From contig CAZJVT010000002.1 in assembly GCA_964549935.1 (NCBI GenBank), forward strand, positions 191,066 to 255,065: a stretch of DNA of 64,000 bases. Reading direction: 5' to 3'. Below are positions 36,342 to 44,832 of the stretch, piece after piece (the stretch's first letter is position 1; every line of letters begins with the position of its first letter). The stretch is from an uncultured Candidatus Saccharibacteria bacterium. GTDB lineage: Bacteria; Patescibacteriota; Minisyncoccia; UBA6257; 1-14-0-10-44-23. The notes under the pieces were generated by a model. The model worked only from the letters and a program-made list of their open reading frames with translations, was not told the origin of the DNA and ran no database searches. The translations under genes were made by a program, and so were the position numbers.

Positions 36342-37319
36342 ATGTCCAAACCAATCATCGAAATCAAAAATCTGAAGCAGTCCTTTGGCGAGGTCGCGGT
36401 TTTAGGCGGCATAAGCCTGTCGGTAGAAAAAGGCACAATGCTGGCCCTTCTCGGCCCAAACGGCGCCGGCAAAACGACGACTGTCCGCATCTTGAGTACG
36501 CTCTTGAAACCGGACTCCGGCGAGGTGCTAGTAAACGGTTTTGATGTCGTCAAACAAGCCAATGAGGTGCGCCACACTATTGGACTAACCGGTCAGTACG
36601 CTGCGCTCGACGAGCTGCTCTCCGGTCGCGAAAACTTAGAAATGATGGGACGACTCTACCACCTCGGGAAACAAAAAAGTGCCGAGCGCGCCGTCGAGCT
36701 CCTCACTCGTTTCGAACTTACTGACGCCGCGGACCGTTCTGTCAAAACCTACTCTGGTGGTATGCGCCGTCGACTCGACCTGGCGGTCAGTTTAATCGCT
36801 GCTCCCCCGGTTCTTTTCTTGGATGAGCCGACGACGGGGTTAGATCCGCGCAGCCGCCTGACGATGTGGGCAATTATTGATGAGCTGAAGAAAAAAGGCA
36901 CGACAATTCTTTTAACCACGCAGTACTTAGAAGAGGCCGACAAACTGGCGGACAAAATTGCCGTGCTCGACAAGGGCGCGATTATCGCCCTCGGCACCGC
37001 CAACGAATTAAAAGCGAAAGTAGGTAACGAGCGTACGGAGATTGTCATCAAAACTCTGGCGGACTTCCCTCGTGCGAAAAAGCTCTTTACTACCGAAGGC
37101 GTTATCCACGACGAGGCGCGCCGCAGTATCAGCATCCCTTCAGACGGCAGCGTCAGCTCCATCAAAAACATTTTAGATGTACTTAGCCGCGAAACTATCG
37201 AAATCGATACGATGTCTGTACACAAACCGACGCTCGACGACGTCTTCTTAGAACTCACGGGTCACGGCGCACAAGCACCCGAAGGCAGTGACGCGACTGA
37301 AAGTACTAAAACTCTCTAG
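36342..37319 (+). CDS. DrrA-family ABC exporter ATP-binding protein
   Basis: GPNGAGKT, YSGGM, FLDEPT, TTQYLEEAD. Confidence 0.93.
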   Translation: MSKPIIEIKNLKQSFGEVAVLGGISLSVEKGTMLALLGPNGAGKTTTVRILSTLLKPDSGEVLVNGFDVVKQANEVRHTIGLTGQYAALDELLSGRENLEMMGRLYHLGKQKSAERAVELLTRFELTDAADRSVKTYSGGMRRRLDLAVSLIAAPPVLFLDEPTTGLDPRSRLTMWAIIDELKKKGTTILLTTQYLEEADKLADKIAVLDKGAIIALGTANELKAKVGNERTEIVIKTLADFPRAKKLFTTEGVIHDEARRSISIPSDGSVSSIKNILDVLSRETIEIDTMSVHKPTLDDVFLELTGHGAQAPEGSDATESTKTL

Positions 37320-37322
37320 CTT

Positions 37323-38114
37323 ATGAATACTCCTACCACGCACTCAAACGTCTACTGGTTGCTCTCCGACACCTGGGTACTTATCCGCCGCAGCTTGAAG
37401 CACATTACCAAAAATCCGGACCAGCTTTTCGGCCTGACGATTCAGCCGATTATGTTTATGCTCCTCTTCCGTTACGTCTTTGGCGGTGCGATTCAAACCA
37501 GCGGCACCTCATACGTCAACTTCCTCGTCGCGGGTATTCTTATCCAAATGGCGGCCTTCGGCGCGCTGACCACCTCCCTCTCCGTCGCGACAGACATCCG
37601 CCGCGGCATCGTCGACCGTTTTAAGTCACTGCCAATCGCCAGCTTCGCCGTCGTCTTCGGCCACGTCGTCGGTGACCTGTTCCGCAACATACTCTCCGCG
37701 ATAGTGATGATCACCGTCGCCTTCTTTGTCGGCTTCCGCCCGGAGGCCTCGTTTACGGACTGGCTGCTTATCGTCGGCATCCTTATGCTCTTTACCTTCG
37801 CCTTTAGCTGGATAGCCGCTATTATGGGTCTTCTGGCTAAAAGCGTAGAGGCGGTGCAGTGGCTTGGCTTCCTCGTCGTCTTCCCGCTGACCTTTGCTAG
37901 TGCCGCCTTCGTACCAACCAGCACGATGCCGACGGTCTTACGCGTCTTCGCCGAAAACCAACCGGTTACTCAAGTTATCGAAGCCATCCGCGCGCTAATG
38001 GTCGGCACGCCAATTGGTAATTACGGACTCCTCGCCGCTCTCTGGTGTATTGGCATCATTATCGTGGCGATGCCGCTTGCCGCCTATATCTTCAAGAACC
38101 GCGTCGTGAAGTAG
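37323..38114 (+). CDS. ABC-2 (DrrB-like) permease
   Basis: Six TM helices; QPIMFMLLFRYVFGGAI; PLTFASAAFVP. Confidence 0.9.
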   Translation: MNTPTTHSNVYWLLSDTWVLIRRSLKHITKNPDQLFGLTIQPIMFMLLFRYVFGGAIQTSGTSYVNFLVAGILIQMAAFGALTTSLSVATDIRRGIVDRFKSLPIASFAVVFGHVVGDLFRNILSAIVMITVAFFVGFRPEASFTDWLLIVGILMLFTFAFSWIAAIMGLLAKSVEAVQWLGFLVVFPLTFASAAFVPTSTMPTVLRVFAENQPVTQVIEAIRALMVGTPIGNYGLLAALWCIGIIIVAMPLAAYIFKNRVVK

Positions 38115-38187
38115 CAGCAAGTAAAAAAATATTATCTTAAAACCACCTCGCCCTCGGATCCGAAGACCCGAGGGCGAGAGTGCGGCG

Positions 38188-38451
38188 TCAGTTGCCGTTC
38201 CAGTTACGCGGAAATCGCTTCTTGACCCTTACGACCGAGACGCGCGTTCGTCCTCCTGGCAGCGTGCCCTTGGCGTCGAACTGCCGGATTCCCGCGGAAA
38301 CGGCCAGCGTAATGCCGGAGCGCTCGCCCACGAGGTCCACGATCAGACCGCCAGGCTTCACTCCTGCTTCGAGAGCGCCCCACCCTTCGCCGTAGCGACG
38401 AAGTTGCTCTGCTCCCTCTCTGGAGATGTACACCTTAGGCAGGTCTGTCAT
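38188..38451 (-). CDS. Hypothetical protein (GC-rich solo cassette)
   Basis: 87 aa; AGGAGG SD; TTGACG-17-TATTCT promoter; downstream GC hairpin. Confidence 0.6.
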   Translation of the reverse strand: MTDLPKVYISREGAEQLRRYGEGWGALEAGVKPGGLIVDLVGERSGITLAVSAGIRQFDAKGTLPGGRTRVSVVRVKKRFPRNWNGN

Positions 38452-38558
38452 CGGCTCCTCCTGGTTTTGTGACGCATTGGCAGAATACTAAAATAAGCAG
38501 ACTGCGTCAATAAATTTGATATTTTATCGATTTTCTGGTATTTTTAGTACATTCTGAT

Positions 38559-40007
38559 ATGTCGGCAACTACTCCAAAACTTGAAAAGCGCTCTCCTGTC
38601 GTCGTTGTGATGGGTCACGTAGACCACGGCAAAACCACGCTCTTAGACACCATCCGCAAGAGCAACGTCGCAGCTAAGGAGGCCGGGGGTATTACCCAGG
38701 CCGTTGGTGCCTACGAAATCATCCACTCCGGCAACCGCATCACCTTTATCGACACCCCGGGACACGAGGCGTTTACAAAGATGCGTAGCCGCGGTGCCTC
38801 AATCGCCGATATCGCCATTCTCGTCGTCGCCGCTGACGATGGCGTGAGCGAACAGACCAAAGACGCTATCCGCATCATCAAGGAGACCAAGCTCCCCTAC
38901 GTCGTTGCGATTAACAAGATTGATAAGGAGGGAGCGGATGTTTTGAAAGTTAAAAACGGACTCGCGCAAGAAGAAATCTTCGTCGAAGGCTTTGGCGGCG
39001 ACGTCTCCTGTCAGGAGATCTCGGCCAAAACCGGCCAGGGTATCACCGACCTGCTCGACATCATTACGCTCACCGCCGAAGTCGAGGGTTTGACCTACGA
39101 CCCGGCTGCGCCGGCCACCGGATTTGTCCTCGAGGCCTTTATGAACGCCCAGACCGGTATCACCGCCAGCGTCGTGCTTAAAAACGGCACCCTCAAGGCG
39201 GGTGAGGAAATCGGTACCGCCACCACGCGCGGCAAGGTCCGCGGTTTGCGCACCTTCGCCGGTAAGGCTGAAAAAGAAATGACTCCGAGCGCACCGGCCG
39301 TCATCTTAGGCTTTGAAACTATCCCCCGCGCCGGCGAGGCTTTTGGTACCGGAGCCGCAATGCCGAAACTTGTTGCCCAGGCCGGCAAAGAAATGCCGAC
39401 GCAGGCCGAATACGAACAGAAGCGCTTGTCCTTCGTCGTCAAAGCAGACGTCGCCGGTTCACTCGAGGCCTTAATGGACCAGATTAAAAAGATTAAGACG
39501 CCGGATCACACCACGCGCGTAACTATTCTTGGCGAAGGCGTTGGCGACATTACCGATGGCGATGCGAAGCTCGCCGGCTCAACCGGTTCCTTCATCGTCG
39601 GCTTTAACGTCAAGCAAACCCCGGCGGCTAAAACCTTAATCAGCTCACAAAAAATCAAAGTCTTCTCGTCCAAAATTATTTACGAGCTCTTAAAAGAAAT
39701 CGAAGAGGAGTTTAGCGGACGCAAGAAGCAAATAGTCGTCGGTGACCTGGACATCCTCAAGGTCTTTGATCAGAAAAACAACGGTGCTCAAATTATCGGT
39801 GGCAAAGTCGTCGCCGGCCTCATCAAGAATCAAAGCACCGTCGAGGTACACCGCGGCGACAAAGAGCTCGGCACCGGCCGTATTGCCAACCTCCAGCAGA
39901 GTAAAAAAGACGTCGAATCAGTCGCTATGGGCCTGGAGTGCGGTATGCTCTTTAGCTCACAGGTTATGATCGAAAAGGGAGACCATCTCATTTCTCGTCC
40001 GGACTAG
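38559..40007 (+). CDS. infB: Translation initiation factor IF-2 (short form lacking the N-terminal extension)
   Basis: [31 protein letters not shown]. Confidence 0.97.
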   Translation: MSATTPKLEKRSPVVVVMGHVDHGKTTLLDTIRKSNVAAKEAGGITQAVGAYEIIHSGNRITFIDTPGHEAFTKMRSRGASIADIAILVVAADDGVSEQTKDAIRIIKETKLPYVVAINKIDKEGADVLKVKNGLAQEEIFVEGFGGDVSCQEISAKTGQGITDLLDIITLTAEVEGLTYDPAAPATGFVLEAFMNAQTGITASVVLKNGTLKAGEEIGTATTRGKVRGLRTFAGKAEKEMTPSAPAVILGFETIPRAGEAFGTGAAMPKLVAQAGKEMPTQAEYEQKRLSFVVKADVAGSLEALMDQIKKIKTPDHTTRVTILGEGVGDITDGDAKLAGSTGSFIVGFNVKQTPAAKTLISSQKIKVFSSKIIYELLKEIEEEFSGRKKQIVVGDLDILKVFDQKNNGAQIIGGKVVAGLIKNQSTVEVHRGDKELGTGRIANLQQSKKDVESVAMGLECGMLFSSQVMIEKGDHLISRPD

Positions 40008-40018
40008 GACGAGAAATG

Positions 40019-40112
40019 AATTTCCAATTATCAATTTCCAATTTCTAATTAATTTTGGAATTGACCAATTGAACACTTAATTGAAAATTGTAAATTAAGA
40101 ATTGAAAATTAA
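40019..40112. repeat. 7-nt-period AATTNNN repeat, inverted pair
   Basis: aatttcc aattatc aatttcc aatttct ... aattgaa aattgta aattaag aattgaa. Confidence 0.75.
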
Positions 40113-40119
40113 TGAACCT

Positions 40120-40494
40120 ATGCAGTATCCTCCAAAGCCCTACAAGCGTAATGTCCGCGTCAACGAACTCATCCAGCAGGAGCTGGGTAAACTTATTTTG
40201 CGCGATATCGAGCTTACCGGCGGCATCATGACGATTACCGGCGTGGATGTCACCGAAAAGCTGGATTACGCTCGCGTCAAAGTCAGCGTCCTCCCCGCTT
40301 CACTCGAACGAAAGGCTCTTGGCTTGCTCCAAGACAACGTCGGCCGCCTGCAACACACCTTACTGCGCGTCATCAACATCAAGCCGATGCCGCACTTACA
40401 GTTTGAGATTGATAAAGGCGCCGAGGTAGCAGCAAAGATGGAAAAAGTATTCATGGAGGGAGAGGCCAGTGGTGAGATTGAAAAAGAAGCGTAA
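40120..40494 (+). CDS. rbfA: Ribosome-binding factor A
   Basis: RVNELIQQELG...TITGVDVT..LDYARVKVS...PHLQFEID; follows infB. Confidence 0.92.
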   Translation: MQYPPKPYKRNVRVNELIQQELGKLILRDIELTGGIMTITGVDVTEKLDYARVKVSVLPASLERKALGLLQDNVGRLQHTLLRVINIKPMPHLQFEIDKGAEVAAKMEKVFMEGEASGEIEKEA

Positions 40495-40516
40495 AACCGC
40501 TACTCTATACTCTATT

Positions 40517-40590
40517 GGCGCAGTGGTGAAGTAGTCTAACACCGCGGTCTGCAAAACCGCTATTCGTGGGTGCAAATCCCACCTGCGCCT
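40517..40590 (+). tRNA. tRNA-Cys(GCA)
   Basis: ggcgcag/ctgcgcc; gcggt-ctGCAaa-accgc; T-loop TGCAAAT; U73. Confidence 0.9.
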
Positions 40591-40630
40591 CCCTTGCCTC
40601 GCTGCAGTATTTCGCGTTGGCAGGACACCC

Positions 40631-40714
40631 GCCCGGGTGGCGGAACTGGCAGACGCAGAGGACTTAAGATCCTCCGGTATTTATACCTTGTGGGTTCGAT
40701 TCCCACCCCGGGCA
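40631..40714 (+). tRNA. tRNA-Leu(TAA)
   Basis: gcccggg/cccgggc; gagga-ctTAAga-tcctc; long variable arm. Confidence 0.95.
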
Positions 40715-40717
40715 CAT

Positions 40718-41098
40718 ATGAACCAAGGAAGCGCAGTCGGAATTTTATATAAAGATGGCAAGGTGCTTGTTGAGCGTCGCCAGGCACACGAAAAGTTCTA
40801 CCCGGGTGCTGTCATGTTCCCGGGCGGGAGCATTGAAGACGACGAAACCCCGGAGCAGGGTCTTTTGCGCGAGATGCATGAGGAGCTTGGCATCACTATC
40901 AAAGCCTATCGCCCAGTTGGCATTTTTTATCACGCCGATGGACACAAGATAAATACCTTTCTCGTAACTGACTGGGAAGGCTCCCCTACAGCGCTCGAAG
41001 CCGCAGAAGTTTTTTGGATCTCCGACCCGGCAGAGATAACCGACGAAAAAAATCAAGAAATGTACCAGGCTGCCATTGAAAAAGCAGATATGCTATAG
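40718..41098 (+). CDS. NUDIX hydrolase (MutT-like)
   Basis: Nudix box PGGSIEDDETPEQGLLREMHEELG. Confidence 0.9.
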   Translation: MNQGSAVGILYKDGKVLVERRQAHEKFYPGAVMFPGGSIEDDETPEQGLLREMHEELGITIKAYRPVGIFYHADGHKINTFLVTDWEGSPTALEAAEVFWISDPAEITDEKNQEMYQAAIEKADML

Positions 41099-41213
41099 TT
41101 CCCCTACTATGTGGTTAGCACTTGGTCAGCTCAAAGGCGATTTTCCTAAGTAGGCAGTTTCCGCTGTCTCCGGCCGTTACCAAACGGCTTATTAAGCCTA
41201 CTTACTAATCACT

Positions 41214-41936
41214 ATGACTAAACTACTCTATTTAGAAAACTGGAACACGCTCACCTCACAAGCACTCATTACTGAAATCACGACCTATCAAGACAAACCG
41301 GCGCTCGTCCTCGACCAAACCGTCTTCTATCCACAAGGCGGCGGTCAGCCCTGGGACACGGGCACCATTGCCGGGCCACAGGGCACCTTTGACGTTCAAG
41401 CAGTGCGATTTGATAATGGCATCGTCTACCACCTTGGCGCCTTTACCTCCGGCACAATGCAAGCCGGCGAAACCGTTACCTGCAGTGTCGACCCGGACCG
41501 ACGCAACCTTAATAACAGACTGCACTCCGGCGGTCACGTCTTGGATATGGGCGTGCTCCTGCTCAAACTCAACTGGATTCCGGGTAAGGGCTACCACTTC
41601 CCCGACGGTCCGTACGTTGAGTACGCCGGGAGCCTGAATGGGCTGGATAAAGAAAAATTAAAAGTTGATCTCGAGACGGCAGCCAACAAATTCGTAACTG
41701 AAAACCGGCCTACGAGCATCCGCTTTATGCCGAAAGAAAAAATGCACGAGGTCTGCCACCACGTGCCTGATTATCTGCCGGAGGGCAAGCCGGCCCGCGT
41801 CGTGATGTACGGCGATTTCGGCGTACCGTGCGGCGGCACACACGTGAATGCGCTTGGCGAAATTGGCCACCTGACTATTCGTAAAATTAAACAGGAAGGC
41901 GATAAAATCAGGGTCGGCTACGACGTGAGTCGGTAG
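41214..41936 (+). CDS. AlaX-type alanyl-tRNA editing protein
   Basis: FYPQGGGQPWD, HSGGH, CGGTH. Confidence 0.9.
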   Translation: MTKLLYLENWNTLTSQALITEITTYQDKPALVLDQTVFYPQGGGQPWDTGTIAGPQGTFDVQAVRFDNGIVYHLGAFTSGTMQAGETVTCSVDPDRRNLNNRLHSGGHVLDMGVLLLKLNWIPGKGYHFPDGPYVEYAGSLNGLDKEKLKVDLETAANKFVTENRPTSIRFMPKEKMHEVCHHVPDYLPEGKPARVVMYGDFGVPCGGTHVNALGEIGHLTIRKIKQEGDKIRVGYDVSR

Positions 41937-42001
41937 CGTTGCGCTCCGGCCAGGCTTTTGGTAGGGTCAGGGAGTCCCTGGGCACCGACAAGGAGGTCAC
42001 G

Positions 42002-42754
42002 TTGCGCGTTATCAAGAAAGGCCCGCTGCTTCGAGTCGCCGCAGTGGCGACCGGCGGCGGATCAACCGTGAAGGCGGTCCTCGAGCAGTGTCTCCCCGGC
42101 GGTAGACTGCACGGCCTCGTGGAGGTCGCAGTCATCGTCGGGACCAGGCCTGGCATCGAGGCGCTGGAACGCCCGAAGCAGGTCGTCGGAATGGAACACG
42201 TCCCGACTCGCGTTGTCGAGCGCAAGCTCGGCACGAAGACGGAGGTCCGGTTCGGCAAAGAGCTGATGAAGGTCTTCAATCAGTTCGACGTCGACATGTT
42301 CGCGCTCCTGGGATGCATCCCGACGATCCCAGGAAACGTCCTGGAAAAGTTCGTCGGAACCAACCAGCACCCTGCCCCACCGCAGCGCTTCGGCGGGAAG
42401 GGCTGGCACGGCATCCTGCCCTACGCTGCACAGCTCTACTACGTCCAGGACCTGGGTGCCAAGCACCCTGCGATCGTGGTGTCGCAGTGGGTCGCACCCG
42501 AAGTGGACGGTGGCAGCGTGATCCACTACGGGGAGGTCCCCATCCTCGACGGGGACACCCCGGAAGCGCTCCGCGACCGAGGACTGCCTGTCGAATGGGC
42601 GGTTCAGGTCGAGACGCTTCGGCGTCTCGCGACGGACACGGCCGAAGAAACGCCGTGCCCCTACAGTTGCACCCCGATGTCAGGAACCCGGGCGGGGGTC
42701 GCACTCGAGAATGCCAAGGCGCGTGCCTTGGCCGAGTACGGCCACCACAAGTAA
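42002..42754 (+). CDS. PurN-like formyltransferase (GC-rich cassette)
   Basis: TGGGST loop, NQHPA, FGGKG, VDGG, DTPEAL; AAGGAGG SD before TTG at 42002. Confidence 0.75.
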   Translation: MRVIKKGPLLRVAAVATGGGSTVKAVLEQCLPGGRLHGLVEVAVIVGTRPGIEALERPKQVVGMEHVPTRVVERKLGTKTEVRFGKELMKVFNQFDVDMFALLGCIPTIPGNVLEKFVGTNQHPAPPQRFGGKGWHGILPYAAQLYYVQDLGAKHPAIVVSQWVAPEVDGGSVIHYGEVPILDGDTPEALRDRGLPVEWAVQVETLRRLATDTAEETPCPYSCTPMSGTRAGVALENAKARALAEYGHHK

Positions 42755-42823
42755 CGGAGGAGAGCCTCGAGCTCCGGGGCGCCGACAGGCGCCCCGGAGA
42801 CTCACTTCAAAAAGATTTAAACA

Positions 42824-42851
42824 CAAAACCCGCCTTTCGGCGGGTTTTGTG
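42824..42851. terminator. Bidirectional terminator
   Basis: caaaacccgcc tttc ggcgggttttg. Confidence 0.75.
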
Positions 42852-42860
42852 TTTTCTTAC

Positions 42861-43337
42861 CTAATCAACGTTGTACTTAACGGTTACCTCCACTACCCGC
42901 TTACCCCAGGCAAGCGCAGCAGAGTGACTAGTCATCCAGATATCGAAGTGCGGCTTATCCATCGTGAGGTTAGTAGCATGGTCAAACTTACGAGCCATAC
43001 GGTCACCACACGTGTAATCACGGCCGTTAATCGTCACCTTCGTACCGAACGCATACTCACGACTGCAAGCAACCATACCATCGTACACCTCATGACCGTT
43101 AGCGGCGATAAACGGATCACGGTCGGTCTGACCAATCTCCGAGTTATAAGCAGTAACAGTAGCGGTGAAATGCTCAACGACGGTCTTCGGCATCACCTTC
43201 TCAACGATAGCGGAAACCGCCTTGTTGATGGAGTCCGGTCCATACATACCGATTGAGGGCTGCGCAACCGCGGCCGGAATCGGGAGCATGGCAACGAGAG
43301 CCACTGCGACGAGAACCTTTGCGATTGTGTTTTTCAT
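42861..43337 (-). CDS. Secreted 3D-domain protein
   Basis: Signal peptide; TVTAYNS, QTD, DRM, FDIWM, AWGKR. Confidence 0.82.
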   Translation of the reverse strand: MKNTIAKVLVAVALVAMLPIPAAVAQPSIGMYGPDSINKAVSAIVEKVMPKTVVEHFTATVTAYNSEIGQTDRDPFIAANGHEVYDGMVACSREYAFGTKVTINGRDYTCGDRMARKFDHATNLTMDKPHFDIWMTSHSAALAWGKRVVEVTVKYNVD

Positions 43338-43569
43338 AGTGTTTATAAGGGTTCCCGGGCCGAAAGGGCCCTTTCCCCCTCAAAATAAAAACCCCCACTT
43401 CTAGAGGCTTTATAGGTTCATTATAGCACCCTTTCCTGGTTTTGTCAATACCCCACAATATCTAGCAGAATCTGTCAACCTGATAGCCTAAAAAGCCTTA
43501 TAAAATAAGGGTTTTTGACACTCCCGGTAAAACCGGCCACTTAAGGACCCGAAAAACGCGCCTCGTCAG

Positions 43570-43983
43570 CTACTCCTCGTCTCTCAAAGAAACCCGTACT
43601 GGCCGGGAGGCCAGGATGGGCATTTTTATGCGTAAAACACCGTTTTTTATGGTTGCCTCGGCCTTATCGGCATCAATCTCAATCGGTAGACTAATCTCCC
43701 GCGCAAATGAGCCCCAGTGGCACTCGTCAATGACATAGTCATGCTTCTTAGTCCGGTGTTCGCGGTGTCGCTTCCCTTCAATCGTCACTATCGTCGGAGT
43801 AATTTCGATGTTGATGTCCTCGCTCCGCACACCACCAATCGGCGCCTCTAAAACGAGGGTTTTGTCGGTCTGGAATAGATCAATAGCCAGCTGCCCAACG
43901 GCATCGGCATCCTCCTCCACGTGCGCATAGATATGCGGTTCACGGGCAAGCTCATGTAAGAATTGTTTTACGTCGTCGGCCAT
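43570..43983 (-). CDS. Hsp20/alpha-crystallin small heat-shock protein
   Basis: GQLAIDLFQT, ECHWGSFAREISLP, KNGVL. Confidence 0.92.
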   Translation of the reverse strand: MADDVKQFLHELAREPHIYAHVEEDADAVGQLAIDLFQTDKTLVLEAPIGGVRSEDINIEITPTIVTIEGKRHREHRTKKHDYVIDECHWGSFAREISLPIEIDADKAEATIKNGVLRIKMPILASRPVRVSLRDEE

Positions 43984-44001
43984 ACGTTTAGTATACCACT
44001 G

Positions 44002-44727
44002 CTATCCAGTTTTTGTTTTCACAATCCCATCCCGCTCTTCTTCTGTCCGCAACTCCTCAAAGTCTACTAGCAGGAAGAAAGCGATGATGGCCACAAAGAC
44101 CAGCGCCCAGCCGGCGGGCCCGTAAGCGAGCACGAGATAGTTAAATGCCGAGTGTAGGACGGTCGAGATGATAATACCGGCGATGATGTGCACGCCGAGC
44201 AGCTTGTTACGGATCCAGCCAACCGCCCAGTGGAATCCGATGATACCAGAAGCGACCGAGTGGAGCAGCGTTGCCCCCAAAAAGCGCAGCGCGACGACTT
44301 CGAAGGCTTTCAGACTTACAAACGCCGCCTGAACTCCCCCGCTATTAATCAGCGAGGCGATATTTTCAACTGCGGCAAACCCAAGCGCAGCGGTGATCAT
44401 AAAAATCATCGCATCGAGTGGCTGATTAAACGACTTCAGGCGACGAACGAGCAGAAACACGCCCAGAAACTTCAGCGTCTCCTCTACCCCCGCAAAAGCA
44501 ATGATCGCTCCGGTGGTGCGCGTCGAAAGACCGATGGAACCGAAGTACTTCGCTAAAAGCACCTGCACAAAAAGCGCAGCGAAGGTACAAATCGCACCAA
44601 CTAAAAACGCAAAAATAATATCAGAAAGGCGCTCCGCCTTTTCTTTTTCTTCCTGTTCAAAAAACGTCAGCCAAATAAGGCTCGGGGCAAGCCCAAGAGC
44701 AAACGCCAGTACGTAGCGTAAATCCAT
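44002..44727 (-). CDS. PrsW-family intramembrane metalloprotease
   Basis: EETLK, LGFAAVEN, H..ASG, HSAFN. Confidence 0.9.
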   Translation of the reverse strand: MDLRYVLAFALGLAPSLIWLTFFEQEEKEKAERLSDIIFAFLVGAICTFAALFVQVLLAKYFGSIGLSTRTTGAIIAFAGVEETLKFLGVFLLVRRLKSFNQPLDAMIFMITAALGFAAVENIASLINSGGVQAAFVSLKAFEVVALRFLGATLLHSVASGIIGFHWAVGWIRNKLLGVHIIAGIIISTVLHSAFNYLVLAYGPAGWALVFVAIIAFFLLVDFEELRTEEERDGIVKTKTG

Positions 44728-44832
44728 ACTTTTATTGTACCATTCGCGCCCTATTCTCCTTCAAATCAAAAAGGAGCGGTTTTGGTTTATTCTTCCTCGG
44801 GGTCTACGGAAGGATAAGCCAAAGCCACGACG

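Noticed and set aside
40568-40582. tRNA-Cys T-loop TGCAAAT instead of TTCRAAT as a pseudo-tRNA
   Set aside because: All stems, the anticodon and U73 are intact. A single T-loop variant is insufficient.
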